From NCBI GenBank assembly GCA_051362555.1, contig CM120647.1, positions 16,964,651 through 17,028,650 of the forward strand: 64,000 bases of DNA. The letters run 5' to 3'. The DNA is from Lingula anatina (taxonomy: Eukaryota; Animalia; Brachiopoda). Below are positions 1 to 12,718 of this stretch, piece by piece. Within the stretch, counting starts at the first letter, position 1, and each line of letters opens with the position of its first letter. Both the position numbers and the translations under genes were made by a program. The notes under the pieces were generated by a model. That model was not told the origin of the DNA, did no database searches, and was given only the letters and a program-made list of their open reading frames with translations.

Positions 1-1000
1 TACAATGTACGTCTTGAACTTCATCGTTAATTGATAGATCACATTTGGAGACTGGCGTTGCATCGTTTTGAAAATAACGCATTGCTGATCATTATAGGAA
101 ATCCTGATATATGAAAATTCTCATACATTAATCAAGAAACTTAACATAAAATAGATATTAAAAAGTAAATAAACCCTTTTAATTTCGACAATACAACCTA
201 TCCATCACGCTTGAATTAAATTATGTTAGTACATGTAGCTGACCCGGTACGTCATCACGTACATGTACACCCGTAAACCGTGCTCGCTGAATTAAAAAAA
301 AATTAAAATTGTCCATGTCTGCGGTATCAAATTCTTATCATCCTTTTGACAACCTCTTTTTACCACTCTCCCCTCCACAGCAAAATAAAGACCTCAATCC
401 CAGCAGTGGTTTTAAACACAACACTACAGTGACATTTGGTGCAGGTGAAGATGGACACTGTGTCACTGTGCGTAGTCCATCTCGTCATACCGTTCAGTAG
501 CATTCCATTGTTAAACATACCTGTAATACCACAACGTCATTCAGTAATAATGTAGTCGGCCATGTATGCAGTGCGCCTACTAACTACCTACTAAACATGC
601 AGCTTTTCACACCACCCTCAATCTAGCGCCACAGGGGGGCGGCCGGGGAGATCTTGATGATTTTGGTGATAGATACAATTACTGCCCCATACCGCACTTA
701 CATATAAAGTGTATATGTGCAAGTACTGGTATGTACAGGTGCATAGCACACTACAGCGCGAGTGTAATATGAGTAAAGGTGCACCCCATGCATTTGAAAA
801 TTCCCCCAAATGCTAATTTTTTTGCCATCCACAGCTTATAATAAAACCTTGCATACATCTTGAAAGCGATTTAACACATGGAATATATTTTGAAGCGTAC
901 CTGATGTTAATATTTCAGTAGGAGTTTAAGATGGTTGATGGTTATAATGACTGGCCAGTAATTTTAAATTAAATCAGCCTTTATAAATTAAATTTAAGGT
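1..1000. repeat. ~1-kb dispersed direct repeat, copy 1 (may extend left of the window)
   Basis: Colinear similarity to 14740-15590. Shared blocks include 'aattcttatcatccttttgacaacctctttttaccactct', 'cattccattgtt-aacatacctgtaataccacaacgtcattcagtaat' and 'tagcgccacaggggggcgg'. Confidence 0.9.
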
Positions 1001-1247
1001 CGCACAATGAAACAATATCCTGTTACAAATGTTGGTAAATGACAAAATAATTCAATGCGTTGATGACTGATTGAAAACGGAGGGGCGAGTAGCTATAATC
1101 ATGTACACAAGCCAATAGATAATCCAAATATTAGTGAGATTATAACCTCATATATGATTGGTAAATATCAATGTATTCAAACACCCACTTTTCCTACTCA
1201 TTTTCCCTCCCAATTAAACCAGTGTAACAAGCAAAACAAAGTTATCC

Positions 1248-1531
1248 CCCGCACGAAAACGAAGTAGATACTCCAGCGCAGTAGACTACTGCAATCATAC
1301 TGCAAACATGCTTCAAATCTGCTTCGATGTGGGAGCTAATTAGCATATTTGAAACATGCTTCTATCATGCTGCTAATCTACTGCATTAATGCTCCTCCTC
1401 TGTACAACCCTATGTAATTTTTGAAGTAGAATTGCAGTAGGCTATACTGCATTTCTACTGCAAATATGCTCCACACCACTACTGCGTTAATGCTTCTTTG
1501 CTACTTCGATACTACTGCATTTTTGTGCGGG
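1248..1531. mobile_element. Non-autonomous DNA transposon, EnSpm/CACTA-like
   Basis: TIRs CCCGCACGAAAA...TTTTGTGCGGG, CC on both flanks (possible 2-bp TSD), and internal repeated ctactgca/gcagtag motifs. Confidence 0.6.
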
Positions 1532-3599
1532 CCCCCTCCGTCCCCATGGTCATCGTTTCTATTACAGTACAATCTTTCTTGTGCACTTTAAATTTAACCA
1601 ATGTACACATGTATTCATTTTATTGGATTGATTGCTATGAAGTTCTACGAAATTGATTACAAGGTGAATCAGTATGCATCTCACCTATCACAATCGGCAG
1701 CATTGTAAATCAGTGGACGGCACAACTACCGCACTGACCCATGGAGGTCAGGTTGAGAAAAAAGAGTGCACATTGAACAAGGATATGACATCAACTGCAG
1801 TTTAGATTTGATATCATACTATTTGTTATTGCATATCGAGATTTCAGTCATGGCGTTGTGAACCGCGAGATAAGCCATTACATTGATAAATATCTTGCCA
1901 GAATTTCTTTAATTACATTTATGTGCTTGTACATGTATATTTTATTTTCTTATTTTTCTTTAAGTACGATCTGCATTTAATTTTGCTAGGAGACCAATTT
2001 AATTTCGAATATATATATATTTTTGAATATTTTCTGGTCTTAAGTACAATCTGCATTTGCTTTTCTTATGAGATCAATTACATTTAAAATCTTTTTAATG
2101 CTCTTTTTACTATGAACTAGAAAAAAATCCCTCTAGTACTAACAAGGATCAAAATACAGCGCGTGACTTGTGCAATAAGTAATACACTTTTGCGTCTTTG
2201 TGAATGATACTGAAAACAATATACCGTGTACATAATCACGACCTCATTTTAAATCAAATCTACTTATTACATTCTAATCCACAGTGTTCTGAACATGCGT
2301 AAACTCACTGTCGATAAAGTTTGGGACGTGATAAGCTCAGCGAAAATGAGTGTATCTACCGTGTTTACACACTGTGATTGTGAATTATTGATTGAAAAAA
2401 AAAAAAGATGCACGACCAGTCCCATTTCTATTTCACCATTATTGTTATAAGCTGCTCCTTGTGAGATCTATTAAGCGCGACAACCGCTGTATGAAAAGAA
2501 ACTGCAGAGGGGCGCTTTTTGTTAGACTGGGTATCTATGGATACAAATGGTGTTAACGTAAGCGCAAAACATGCTCGTTTCTATGTATTCTGCAAAGGAA
2601 AAATAGAATCGAGCTGCAGGTATTTACTCAACTGCTTTGTTGTGGGTCTGATGTGTCACGGGGTTATTTTTTAGCTGTTATCGAGCTGACGGCTGTTTCT
2701 CCAGCGACAGTGAAAAATTGCGCAATAAGGTTGGCAACACACTTCCACTGAAAGAACACTGGGGGTGGGGGGGGGGGGGGAGAAGCAGATTTTAAATGGT
2801 CTGAGGATTGTTGCAACAGGAAGATCTACTGTAGAACCTCCGAAGTCTTACATGAAAACTACAATCAACTGAACTAGACAGGGATCTTTTAGCACCATGC
2901 GATGTCAAATTATACTTTTGAAAAAAAATACAGCTACATGTAGTATATGCGAAGAGCGATAGGTTTGATTATACCACTCTTCCAAGAACACTGATCAGGG
3001 TATTATCTTTATGAAGGGGTACCGAATAAAAGGAAATAAAAGGAAGAGGAAAATGTGGTACAGGGGTCTGTTGGAAATAGCTGTTAAGTCTTTTTTTTTT
3101 TTGTTAGAAAAAGAGATATATTTGTTTAAACATAGTGATCAGAAATAAATATGGTTGGGGTAAGGGTATCGACATCTTTCACGTTGCAAGGATAGATAGC
3201 TTTAATTTTTGGAGGGAATGACATGGACTGGGAAATACATCGATAATAAAATGTCAATATATCATTAACAATGACCCGTTTCACAAAATCTTAAATCCGT
3301 AGTTGACTAGCTCGAGCTGGATGACCTAGCTAGGTCGACTACGCTGCAGTCGACTAGGAGTGTTTCACAAAGAATCTAACGTCTTAGCTTGGAGTGCTTA
3401 CCGTAGTCGACGCTCATGAGAAACTCTTCAAGAAAAGGAGGTGTAAAATTCCAAAAGTTTCACAAGACATGACGTTTCATGGCCTCTTTCGGCCGAGAAC
3501 GATCGTTTATCAACAATAAAAAATCAGCCAAAACACAAACAAAGTTTGTTTTTGAAGTTTATTGATTAGTTTAACTTCAATACAGCTTCAAAGTAACAG

Positions 3600-6500
3600 T
3601 TAAACATTACATCTCGGCAAGCGATACAGATACCAAACGAGGAGGTGCCTCTTTACGAACTTGGGACTCTGACAGAAGATAACTCTATTATTGTGCTGCA
3701 GTCTATTTCAAAACATTTGAGTCGTGAAGACGGCAGTCAATTGGCTGCAGAATGTGGCTTTGTCGCTCTGCTGCTCCATATTCTTGGATACTTATTGCAA
3801 CAAGGTCGTAGGGCGCTAGATATAATCGCTGAACTTACTTCAAAAACTGTATTTGACTTGAAATGTTCATTCTCAATGCCCGAGAGCCTAAACGCCATAG
3901 CTTGCATTAACTTGTCTTATAAACAATTGGGCCAGGAAATGGAAGATGCAGTCCAAATCCTATCTCTTTTTCCAACAAGTTTTAATGCACAGGATGCATT
4001 TAATCTTTTAACTAAACATCAAACTAGTTTTAACATCATTGATGAAAATTGCAAAACACAAGCCGAAAATTTTACCATGTGGGATTGCCATAATTGTCTT
4101 CAAACCCTTTGTGATGCTTCGTTTCTAGAGTATGATGCAGCAAGTGAAACGTATGCCATGCACAACATTATACAGGCATTTGCACAAAATCAAACTTCAC
4201 AGGAAAACTTAGATCGTTTCAGAGCGACTTTCTTGGCATTTATGGAGCATCTGATTGATCAGATCCACACACTGGCTATAGCAGAAAAAGGTCGCGAGGC
4301 ATCCACTTTTTTTGAAAAAGACAGAGATAATCTTTTGGCGTGTATCGGTTTTTTTGAGGCATTGCAACCGGGCTCAAAGAAAGCCACTTACAACATAACG
4401 AAAAAAATAGCTTTCAGTCTCAGACAAATAGGGAGGTTCACTGACTCTATTAGATGTTTCAAACAATTATTAAAATTCACTAAAGAACAAGGACAACAAA
4501 CTGAAAATTCCGACCTAGCATTCTTCCATTATAACATAGGTTATCTACAGGGGCAACTTAGTGATCCTCGTGCCGCTGTTGAAAATTTGTCCATTGCAAT
4601 AGCCGAGTATGAGAAGCAGAGAGAGGGTTGTGATTACAAGGATTATTGTAAGTCCTGCTATAATTTGGCACTAATGCTTGACACAAAAGAAGATTATGCA
4701 CGCTGTTTGGACATACTGAAAAAATGTTTTGACGAGGCCACTGTTAACCATGATTTAAGTATGCAGTATCTTGCACAGGGCACCATTGCAAAAATCAAAG
4801 CCAGACAAGGTGACGAAGAGGCTGTTATGTCGACTTTGCACGACATATTAAGGTCAAATCCAGAAATGGACGGTAAGGAAAACGGAGTAGGTGTGGAGGC
4901 CTTGCACGAGGCGGCTTTTGCTTTGGCTGGCATTGGCAAAAAAGAGGAAGGTTTATCTTTTTGTAGACGGGCAGTTGCTGTAGCCAAACACTGCTATGGC
5001 GATCACCCTGAAACTGCCATTGTTCTCGGGAACTTGGGTTACCTCATGGTTAACAACGGCAAAGAAGACGGTGCCATAGCTGTCCTCGGGGAAGCTATAG
5101 CTATGAGAAAGAAGACACTGGGAGATTACCAGACAGATGACATAATATTTCATTTAGCTTTTGCAAAGTCTGCACTGGGAAACCACGAAGAGGCCCTCAA
5201 AAGATACCAAAGAGCTCTATGTATAAATGAACAGGTTTTGGGTGGAACACACGATCTTTCCGGTGTAATATACGCTATTATAGGTTTTGAAATGAAAGAA
5301 CTGGGCAATGCAGATGGTGCTGTGGATGCCTGTAGGAGAGCTCTAGCTATAATGGGAGAATGCCACGAATATACAATACACACAATGATTTTAATGGCGC
5401 GTGCCCTAACTGCACAGGGAAATTCCGCAGAGGCCATCAGTACACTCCAAAGAGCTCTTCATATACAAGAGAAAGTACTTAGTGACAGTCAAAGTACGGG
5501 TTCTATACTACATACCATAGGGTATAATTTGATAACACTAGAAGATGCAGATAGTGCTGTGAATGTTTTCAGAAAAGCTCTGTCAATGCAGGAGAAGGTG
5601 CTGGGAGAATATCACGAAGAGACAGCAGCTACACTATGTTCCTTGGGTCGCGCCATGTCCGCACAGGGAAAGCACGCCGAGGCCCTCAGTGCATTCCAAA
5701 GAGCTCTACATATACAGGAGCAACTTAAGGGTGAAACTCATGATACTGCCTCTACCGTTCATGATATAGGCATGGAAATGATAAGGCTACATGACATAAA
5801 TGGTGCTACATCAACTTTCAGAAGAGTAGTAGCTATGATGGTGAATATTGTCGGAAAATATCACGAAGAGACCGCGCAGCATATTTTTTTGCTAGCCACT
5901 CTCCTATCTAAACAGGGAAAGCACGCAGAGGCTCTCAAAACATTCCAAAGAGCTCTACGCATACAGGAGCAAGTGCTAGGTGAAAGTCGCCAAATAGCGG
6001 ATACATTACATTGCATAGGTCTTGAAATGATTACCCTGGGAAAAGGAGATTTTAGGGATATCTTCAAGAGAGTTCATGCCATTAACGAAAATATGCAGGG
6101 AGAATATGAGGGAGAAAAAGAAGACAAAATAGAGAAAATGCTCGAGTTAACAAGTGCCCTGTCTAAAATGGGACTACACTCAGATGCTCTTAATTGTTAC
6201 CAAAAAATATTGATTTTAGCCGAGCGAACTCTGGGCGAAAGTGAAAAAACAGCTACTACACTGCACTACATAGGTTTGGAAATGCTAATGCTGCGCAATC
6301 CAAATGGTGATGTGGGTAAACTCAGGAGAGCCCTGGCTATAAGAGAGAGAACATTGGGAGAATGTCACCTACACACAGCAGATACATTACACGTGCTATC
6401 CTGCGCTTTGTGTATGCAGGAAAAACACGCAGAAGCTTTAAGTGCACTGCAAAGATCTCTTAAGATACACGAAAAACTGATGGGTGAAAGTCGCATTACA

Positions 6501-6872
6501 GCCCAAATACTGCACTGCATAGGGATGGAGATGATGAGAATAAAAGATACAGACGGGGCCGTGAATGCCATCAGGAGAGCTTTGGCTATGAGGGAGAAGA
6601 CACTGGGAGTTGATCACAAAGATACAACAGATACAATATTTCTTTTGGGTCTTGCCATATCAGCACAGGGAAACCACGCAGAAGCCCTCACTACATACCA
6701 GAGGGCTCTAGGCATACAGGAGAAAACGATGGGTGAATGTATAAGCACAGCTACTACACTGCACTGCATTAGCCATGAAATGCATATGCTGGGTGATAAA
6801 GAAGGAGCTATGATAGCAGTCATCAGGGCAATAGTTATGGGAATGAAAATCATTGGAAAAATACCACAATGA
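3600..6872 (+). CDS. NB-ARC/STAND NTPase C-terminal half plus a long TPR array (nephrocystin-3/kinesin-light-chain-type TPRs); terminal exon or 5'-truncated gene
   Basis: Intronless reading frame of about 1090 codons. NB-ARC motifs occur in order: ITSR (RNBS-B), YELGTLTEDNS (RNBS-C), ECGFVALLL (GLPL-like), INLSYKQL, LSLFP, YAMHNIIQ (MHD-like). These are followed by ~42-aa repeats such as 'GKHAEALSAFQRALHIQE..LG'. A possible acceptor 'aacag' ends at 3599. I found no Walker A/B upstream. Confidence 0.85.
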   Translation, partial: LNITSRQAIQIPNEEVPLYELGTLTEDNSIIVLQSISKHLSREDGSQLAAECGFVALLLHILGYLLQQGRRALDIIAELTSKTVFDLKCSFSMPESLNAIACINLSYKQLGQEMEDAVQILSLFPTSFNAQDAFNLLTKHQTSFNIIDENCKTQAENFTMWDCHNCLQTLCDASFLEYDAASETYAMHNIIQAFAQNQTSQENLDRFRATFLAFMEHLIDQIHTLAIAEKGREASTFFEKDRDNLLACIGFFEALQPGSKKATYNITKKIAFSLRQIGRFTDSIRCFKQLLKFTKEQGQQTENSDLAFFHYNIGYLQGQLSDPRAAVENLSIAIAEYEKQREGCDYKDYCKSCYNLALMLDTKEDYARCLDILKKCFDEATVNHDLSMQYLAQGTIAKIKARQGDEEAVMSTLHDILRSNPEMDGKENGVGVEALHEAAFALAGIGKKEEGLSFCRRAVAVAKHCYGDHPETAIVLGNLGYLMVNNGKEDGAIAVLGEAIAMRKKTLGDYQTDDIIFHLAFAKSALGNHEEALKRYQRALCINEQVLGGTHDLSGVIYAIIGFEMKELGNADGAVDACRRALAIMGECHEYTIHTMILMARALTAQGNSAEAISTLQRALHIQEKVLSDSQSTGSILHTIGYNLITLEDADSAVNVFRKALSMQEKVLGEYHEETAATLCSLGRAMSAQGKHAEALSAFQRALHIQEQLKGETHDTASTVHDIGMEMIRLHDINGATSTFRRVVAMMVNIVGKYHEETAQHIFLLATLLSKQGKHAEALKTFQRALRIQEQVLGESRQIADTLHCIGLEMITLGKGDFRDIFKRVHAINENMQGEYEGEKEDKIEKMLELTSALSKMGLHSDALNCYQKILILAERTLGESEKTATTLHYIGLEMLMLRNPNGDVGKLRRALAIRERTLGECHLHTADTLHVLSCALCMQEKHAEALSALQRSLKIHEKLMGESRITAQILHCIGMEMMRIKDTDGAVNAIRRALAMREKTLGVDHKDTTDTIFLLGLAISAQGNHAEALTTYQRALGIQEKTMGECISTATTLHCISHEMHMLGDKEGAMIAVIRAIVMGMKIIGKIPQ

Positions 6873-8431
6873 GAAAGAAGTCGCAAAATATGAATGTGGT
6901 CTTGTAGTAAGTGGAAAGGAAATCTATTCAGAGGTCCCGAGAATAGGCACATACTAAACAACTTCACATATATTGGATTTTCTTTAATGAAAGTTTAACA
7001 TTTGGTTTCTCTATATTGAACATTGTGTACATATATATACGTCTGGGATGACACTCCTATTAGTATCGTCCTGAGATGTACTATAGACGTGGACTGACCA
7101 TTCATTATGCTCTGGAAGATAAGAAAATCACAAAAAACATTTCACCATAATGGAAGGCAAGCTGGAACATACTGAGAGCGACGGGTTAAAAGCTATTGGA
7201 ATTTGGAAACTGGCAAATGATTGCAAAATTAAAATCGCCGATCCTCTTTATAAGTTCTTTTTAATGATTTTTTTATATTCAGGATACCTGTGTGAGGTAT
7301 TTGACGTGTATATAGAGGTAACATTTTCAATCACATGTACATTTACTTTGGGTCAAATATTCACCTCGAATGATGTATTATAGAGGTAACAGTATGGAAG
7401 TCTAATGCACCAGTCAATAGAAGCTCCGCCCCGACCCCAACAACACGCCAAGGGAAGCTTATGTCTTTCTGGTTATTGATGCATCACTATAATACCGTAC
7501 CCTCTACCAGGGCGAGTGATAGATTTTTACAGATATTCACAGATATGTCTCTAGCTAGATAGATGTTCATTTAAAGCTGAGTTGAGCTGGCAGTTGGATG
7601 GATGGAGATTAACGATGCAATCACACTGCAATTTAATTTATTTTGGGTCTGACAGTTACCCCGAGGAAAGAGATTTAGCTGCAGCCTTAGAGTGAGATTG
7701 GAACTTCGGAAATTTATCCACAACTAATGTTTAGTGAGATGACAAGATGAAGACAAACTGGGCATTCTTGAAATATTCTCAAAACTGAAAGATAATTTTT
7801 ATGATATGTTTTTATTTAATTTGTACGCCAAAACCAATAAATAGGAAGACAAATAAAAATAAGAGATCATGTCAAAATTAACCTGAATAAACAGAATATG
7901 TCGCAGTTTTTCTCTCTGCCTTAAAAGAACAATGTACGATGTCTGCAAAAGACGGAAGTTGCGTGCTGCTTTACATTAGTGCTGATTTACATAATAAATT
8001 CATGTGATTTACATAATAAATTCATGTGACTTTATCAATCAGCTTCGTGTTTTTTACTTCTAGTTGTTCACAAAAGTTAAAAAAGTCTGTCATTCAGACT
8101 TGAAATTTATACATGAAGTTCGCTTTAAAAATGAAAACATTAAAGATGTACCCGAAACAACATGCGTGTTTGTTCGGAAAACATTATTGTTTTTTGTGTA
8201 CTTTATTTTTTCTGACACTTTATTTATTCACTTATATAATGCATTTTTCTGACTTTTCTATTCTCAATTCCATTTTGTTCTTTTCTTTTTTGTCTTTATT
8301 ATAATAAATTTAAAGTTAAACTTTTATCTCCCTTAGCTTCTATTTACACTGTAGGGTTTGAGCTTTTAAATCACTATTTTCATCAAATTCCAATATTTTT
8401 CTACATTTCCCCCTCAATGAAACATTCATAT

Positions 8432-9063
8432 TGTAGCGTGCTCTCCCTAGTTTCTCTCCCTATAATACGAGTCCGGCTCTCTGCACTTATGGTAAGTGGC
8501 GGGCACAGTAACATAACTCGGCCCTCAGAAAAAGCTGGATCACCACGGTCTCGGCTCGGCTGTATCTACTGGATACCCGGCTGTCTCGGCTGTCTCGGCT
8601 AGGAACCCGGCTGGCTGGCTGGCTGGCAGGTCGTCTCGGCTGGAGGCTCAGCTGGAAACCCGGCAGGAAGGCCGTCTCGGCTGGCGGGTCGTCTCGGCTG
8701 AAAAGCAAAATCTCTCTAGTGTGAGCACACCTCGGTTAGCCTCATCGGCGTATTACCATGCAGGTCGAGAGAATCCTCTAGTAACTACAGAGCTTCGGTA
8801 CTGAGAGGCGTGGTGAATCTGACACTGGAAGTATCTGACTGCCGCATTCTGCTTTTACACCCCCTTTTATATGGGCGTGAGCCATATTTGATTGTGAGTA
8901 AAATTAAGGCATTCTTCAGTTCGTCAATTACTAAAATTCAGCCGGCCAAATAATGGTGTCCTTAACGGCAATTATAAGCACAACATAACTAAAAGTCGAT
9001 TTCAATTAATTAAAATAACCGTGAATTGGCCTACAGTTAATGAATCATTTTAATTACATTACA
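8432..9063 (-). mobile_element. Possible solo LTR
   Basis: TGT...ACA ends, a minus-strand TATAAAAG followed by a cagtc initiator-like motif, and internal 'gtctcggct' tandem repeats. No TSD seen. Confidence 0.35.
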
Positions 9064-11026
9064 TAACTTCCTGTTATCGAGTGATATCAGCGGCGAGTTG
9101 TTTTCCATTTTATGGGGCTAAAAGTTCGTCAAACGTTACAATATTTTGGGTGGTGGCTGGGCATTTGAACCTTTAAAGCTGAGGTATCAATATGTTAAAA
9201 CTAAATGGATAACTTGAAAAAATGGGCTTAAATCTTGATATAAATAATATGCTTTGAACTTACACAGAGCGAAACACGTTTCTATGGATGAACATGCAAA
9301 GACAAATGTGCAAAAATTAACTACCATTTTCTTAGTCATGGTAGATATCATGTATTGCAATCCAGTTCACTGATTTATACTCATCAAGGTATCCTGCAAT
9401 TTGGGGTATTGAGGCCAACTTTCGGCTGCATTATTTGTTTTTGAAACAAAACCCAGCACAGTTTAGTTCAAACTCCGCAAAATTCTCTTGCCTTCTAGAC
9501 CTTGTCAGAACGGCTGAGAATTTTGGACACCTGTAGAATGTTTTTTTTCTTTTTTTTCTTGATAAAAACTTTGTGGCATTTCTAAGCTATCTGTTCTCAG
9601 CTGGATTATTTTTTCCCATCAGCCATAAAAACCACGCGATGTCCTTGTGTCGCTCCATTTCCGATCACAAATCGTACAGCTGCACTGTGTGGGTCATCTT
9701 TGAAATTCTTATTTTTTTAATGACAGCCTTGTTTAGGCTCTTTTTATCTGCCTTTCTTCAGATGGTTTAATTTTTTTACGACAGATAAGCACACTGAAAT
9801 TGGTTAACCACCTCTTCTTCTGTTTCCGACCAGATATAAACACATTTAAAGATCAACTTACCAGGATGTGAGGCTTTATAGTTCTATTATTTGCCATTAC
9901 AACCCATTCAAAAACAGGACTTGAAAGAGTCAACAAGACTAGGCGCTTCCTTCGACGGCCATATTCTACTTCTACCAGAGGGGAATAACCATCAAGTCTG
10001 CGTAAAATGAGAACGTATATTTGGATACCAATGATGGTTTGGATAGCGGTGACGAAAGAGGCAGTTACCTGTACATGCCAAAAATTTGAAAGAGCAGGTA
10101 AGATGAAAAATAACAGAAAGCAATCCAAGAGCGAAGACCACCGCCAAGAGAAAATGTAGAAAAACCTGAAATGAATAAACAATAATAATAATAAACGTCA
10201 GACCTAGATTTAAATAACATTGCAATTAATCACCTCTTGCATAACGTGTCTATCAGGCAAAGTATATAAGTTACAATGCTCACTTCTTTAAAATTTAGAT
10301 TTTTTAGGTTTAAAGAAAGCTACAGTAAATATATTGACGTACAAAGACATACATTTGTGCTTAACTGAGTGGAGGAAAGTATTACAAGTCGCAGACGGGG
10401 TGCTGTTTCTCCTATAATTTCCTACGTTGTTTTTTACAGTGACTGTGTGCGGCCTGATGTCATAGTATAACCTTGTTCATTATTATGTTTTTTAAAATGA
10501 ATTTCATGTTATCAAATCGCACGCCCTTTCTGGCATGCGAAGCTATCTTGACCGCAAATTTCGTTTTCAACCTCGAGACGAGATCAACAAAATTACTTTG
10601 CTCGCCAAATTAATACCTGTATGAACCGTGATTCGGTAGCCATTTTTTTCATCAAAGGAAACTCCAAGAATAACAGTTCAGAGAGCTTCCTATACCGTGA
10701 TTACCTTTGAAATGACACCGTATGCCAAGCATGGCACAAAAAAGAGTTTCTTTATAATTTTGGTGATTAACATTATAAACACCGCTATCAAAGTGCTTTG
10801 TACAGGCATCACCCTGAATGCACGGATCACCTGTTTCTATAAATTTAAGAATTCATTCCTGGCTGTTCTAATATGAGCAGCATGCATAGACGAAGATTGT
10901 ATACCCATCTAATGTCCATTTGTGGTATCTTTCGTCACATTATGTAAAACGAAGGTCCCTACGATACGTAAACAAGAGTTTGAGATGCTTTTAACATATA
11001 CACCAGGCTTTATTTCTTAAGACAAC

Positions 11027-12718
11027 ATGTTAAGAAGAAAGTCAATCGAGTATCTTGTCTTATGCCAGGCCTTTTTGTCTATATTTCCCAAAGTTTCCAT
11101 CTCAGGTAAGAGCTAACTTATGGCACTTTTAAATATCAAAGAGGGTGGGTTCTCTGCTTAATCATATGCAGGTTCATAGATGAGAAGAGGGGAGTTTCTT
11201 TGACTTTAAATATCTGTAGACATGCAGGTACATGTACAATGTACAACCGGTAGCCATTAAATGTACTTACTTTAAAAAGGCTTCTTTTTATTTAAAAATT
11301 AAGATTAGGTCTTTGATCAATAACGAATTAAAATCTTCGTAAAAAAAGTGAAAGATCCGCCCCCTCTTCAACCAAATTAATTTCATTTGAATGTGAACAT
11401 TTTTTTTTCTTATTACCCCTTCCCGTGTGCGCAAATAGTGGATTTATAGAAATGTTGTGTTTTGCTTATCCTTGATTTTATAGTCAAGGGTATTCACTTA
11501 TCTAATTTTATTAACTAATCTAGCTGAATTATCTTATATTTCTGTGAGTGTGCATATGTGCAGTTGCATTTGTTTGTGTTCGTGTGTGTGGGTGTGTGTG
11601 TGTGTGAGTGTGTGTGAATTCCCGTGGATGAGTTATCACTCATTTGCGTGCATGAGAGACAAATATATCAATAAACGCACTGCATTATCAAATAACAATC
11701 CCTCGTTCCCACGCAGATTGCTGTTGTCCACATCCAGACTGTGCCTCCATCTATCGGTCGGGAGTACATCAGAGCGGCGTTTACTGGCTCAGACCGTATG
11801 ATAACAAAGGAGGGTTCTGGGCGTATTGTGACATGTTGACTGACGGGGGCGGATGGACGGTAAGACTCTTTCTATATTTGTGTGTCTGTGTGGGTCTCTT
11901 CTCTCATTCACGTGAATATCCATACACGCATGCGCGCAATTAATGACAGATTAAAGTCACTTAATGATAATTAATGATATTAATGATTAATTAATGATAT
12001 ATATTCCTTTTTTTAATAGACAAGAGAAAGGATGTTTACGGGAGATGTTCCTTATTTACAGGTGTTCCAGAGACGCAAAGATGGTTCCGTTGACTTTTTC
12101 CGTGACTGGGAGGCATACAAAGAAGGATTTGGATATCCCAATAGTGAACACTGGCTCGGTAAGGCTTTGTAATCAAGAATGACCACTCCTAATTATGGTG
12201 TGAAATACATTCTGCGCATAGGAATGACAAGCAAAATTTAAAGTTGGATGAATTTCTAATTCATTTCAATTATTAGATTTGTTAACTTATGGTTATTTCC
12301 AGGCAACGAGTTCCTCCACCGCTTGACGGGACAGAGGGTGTACGCTTTGAGAGTAGACTTGAGAGACGGTAACGGTACCGAAGCCTACTCAAAGTCCTCC
12401 CTCTTTAAAATCAGCGATGAGGCTGGGAAATACACGCTTACACTGGGGGACTACTCGGGAACGGCCGGCGGTCCCTTGTCTGGTAACGGGGCCGCGTTCA
12501 GTACGAAGGACCGGGACAACGACGTTTATAATCAAAACTGCGCTTCGATCTTCAAAGGCGCATGGTGGTACACAAAATGCCATTCTTCTAACCTGAATGG
12601 GCACTACTACAACGGACCGCACGACTCCTATGCTGATGGTGTGAATTATCAGCAGTTCAGAGGGTACCATTACTCGCTTCCATTCACTGAGATGAAGATA
12701 CGCCCATCTGATTTTTGA
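11027..12718 (+). CDS. Secreted fibrinogen-related domain (FReD) protein, ficolin/tachylectin-5/MFAP4-like; exons 11027-11105, 11717-11859, 12062-12158, 12303-12718
   Basis: GT-AG exons with consistent phases. They give a signal-like N-terminus ([26 protein letters not shown]), then [19 protein letters not shown]|[29 protein letters not shown]|[35 protein letters not shown], the canonical FReD motifs. Confidence 0.92.

Noticed and set aside
4694-6967. Minus-strand ORFs overlapping the TPR exon
   Set aside because: Antisense shadows of a long coding exon, with no independent motifs.
7545-7715. Possible SINE remnant on the minus strand
   Set aside because: No clear A/B boxes, tail or TSD, so it cannot be supported from sequence alone.
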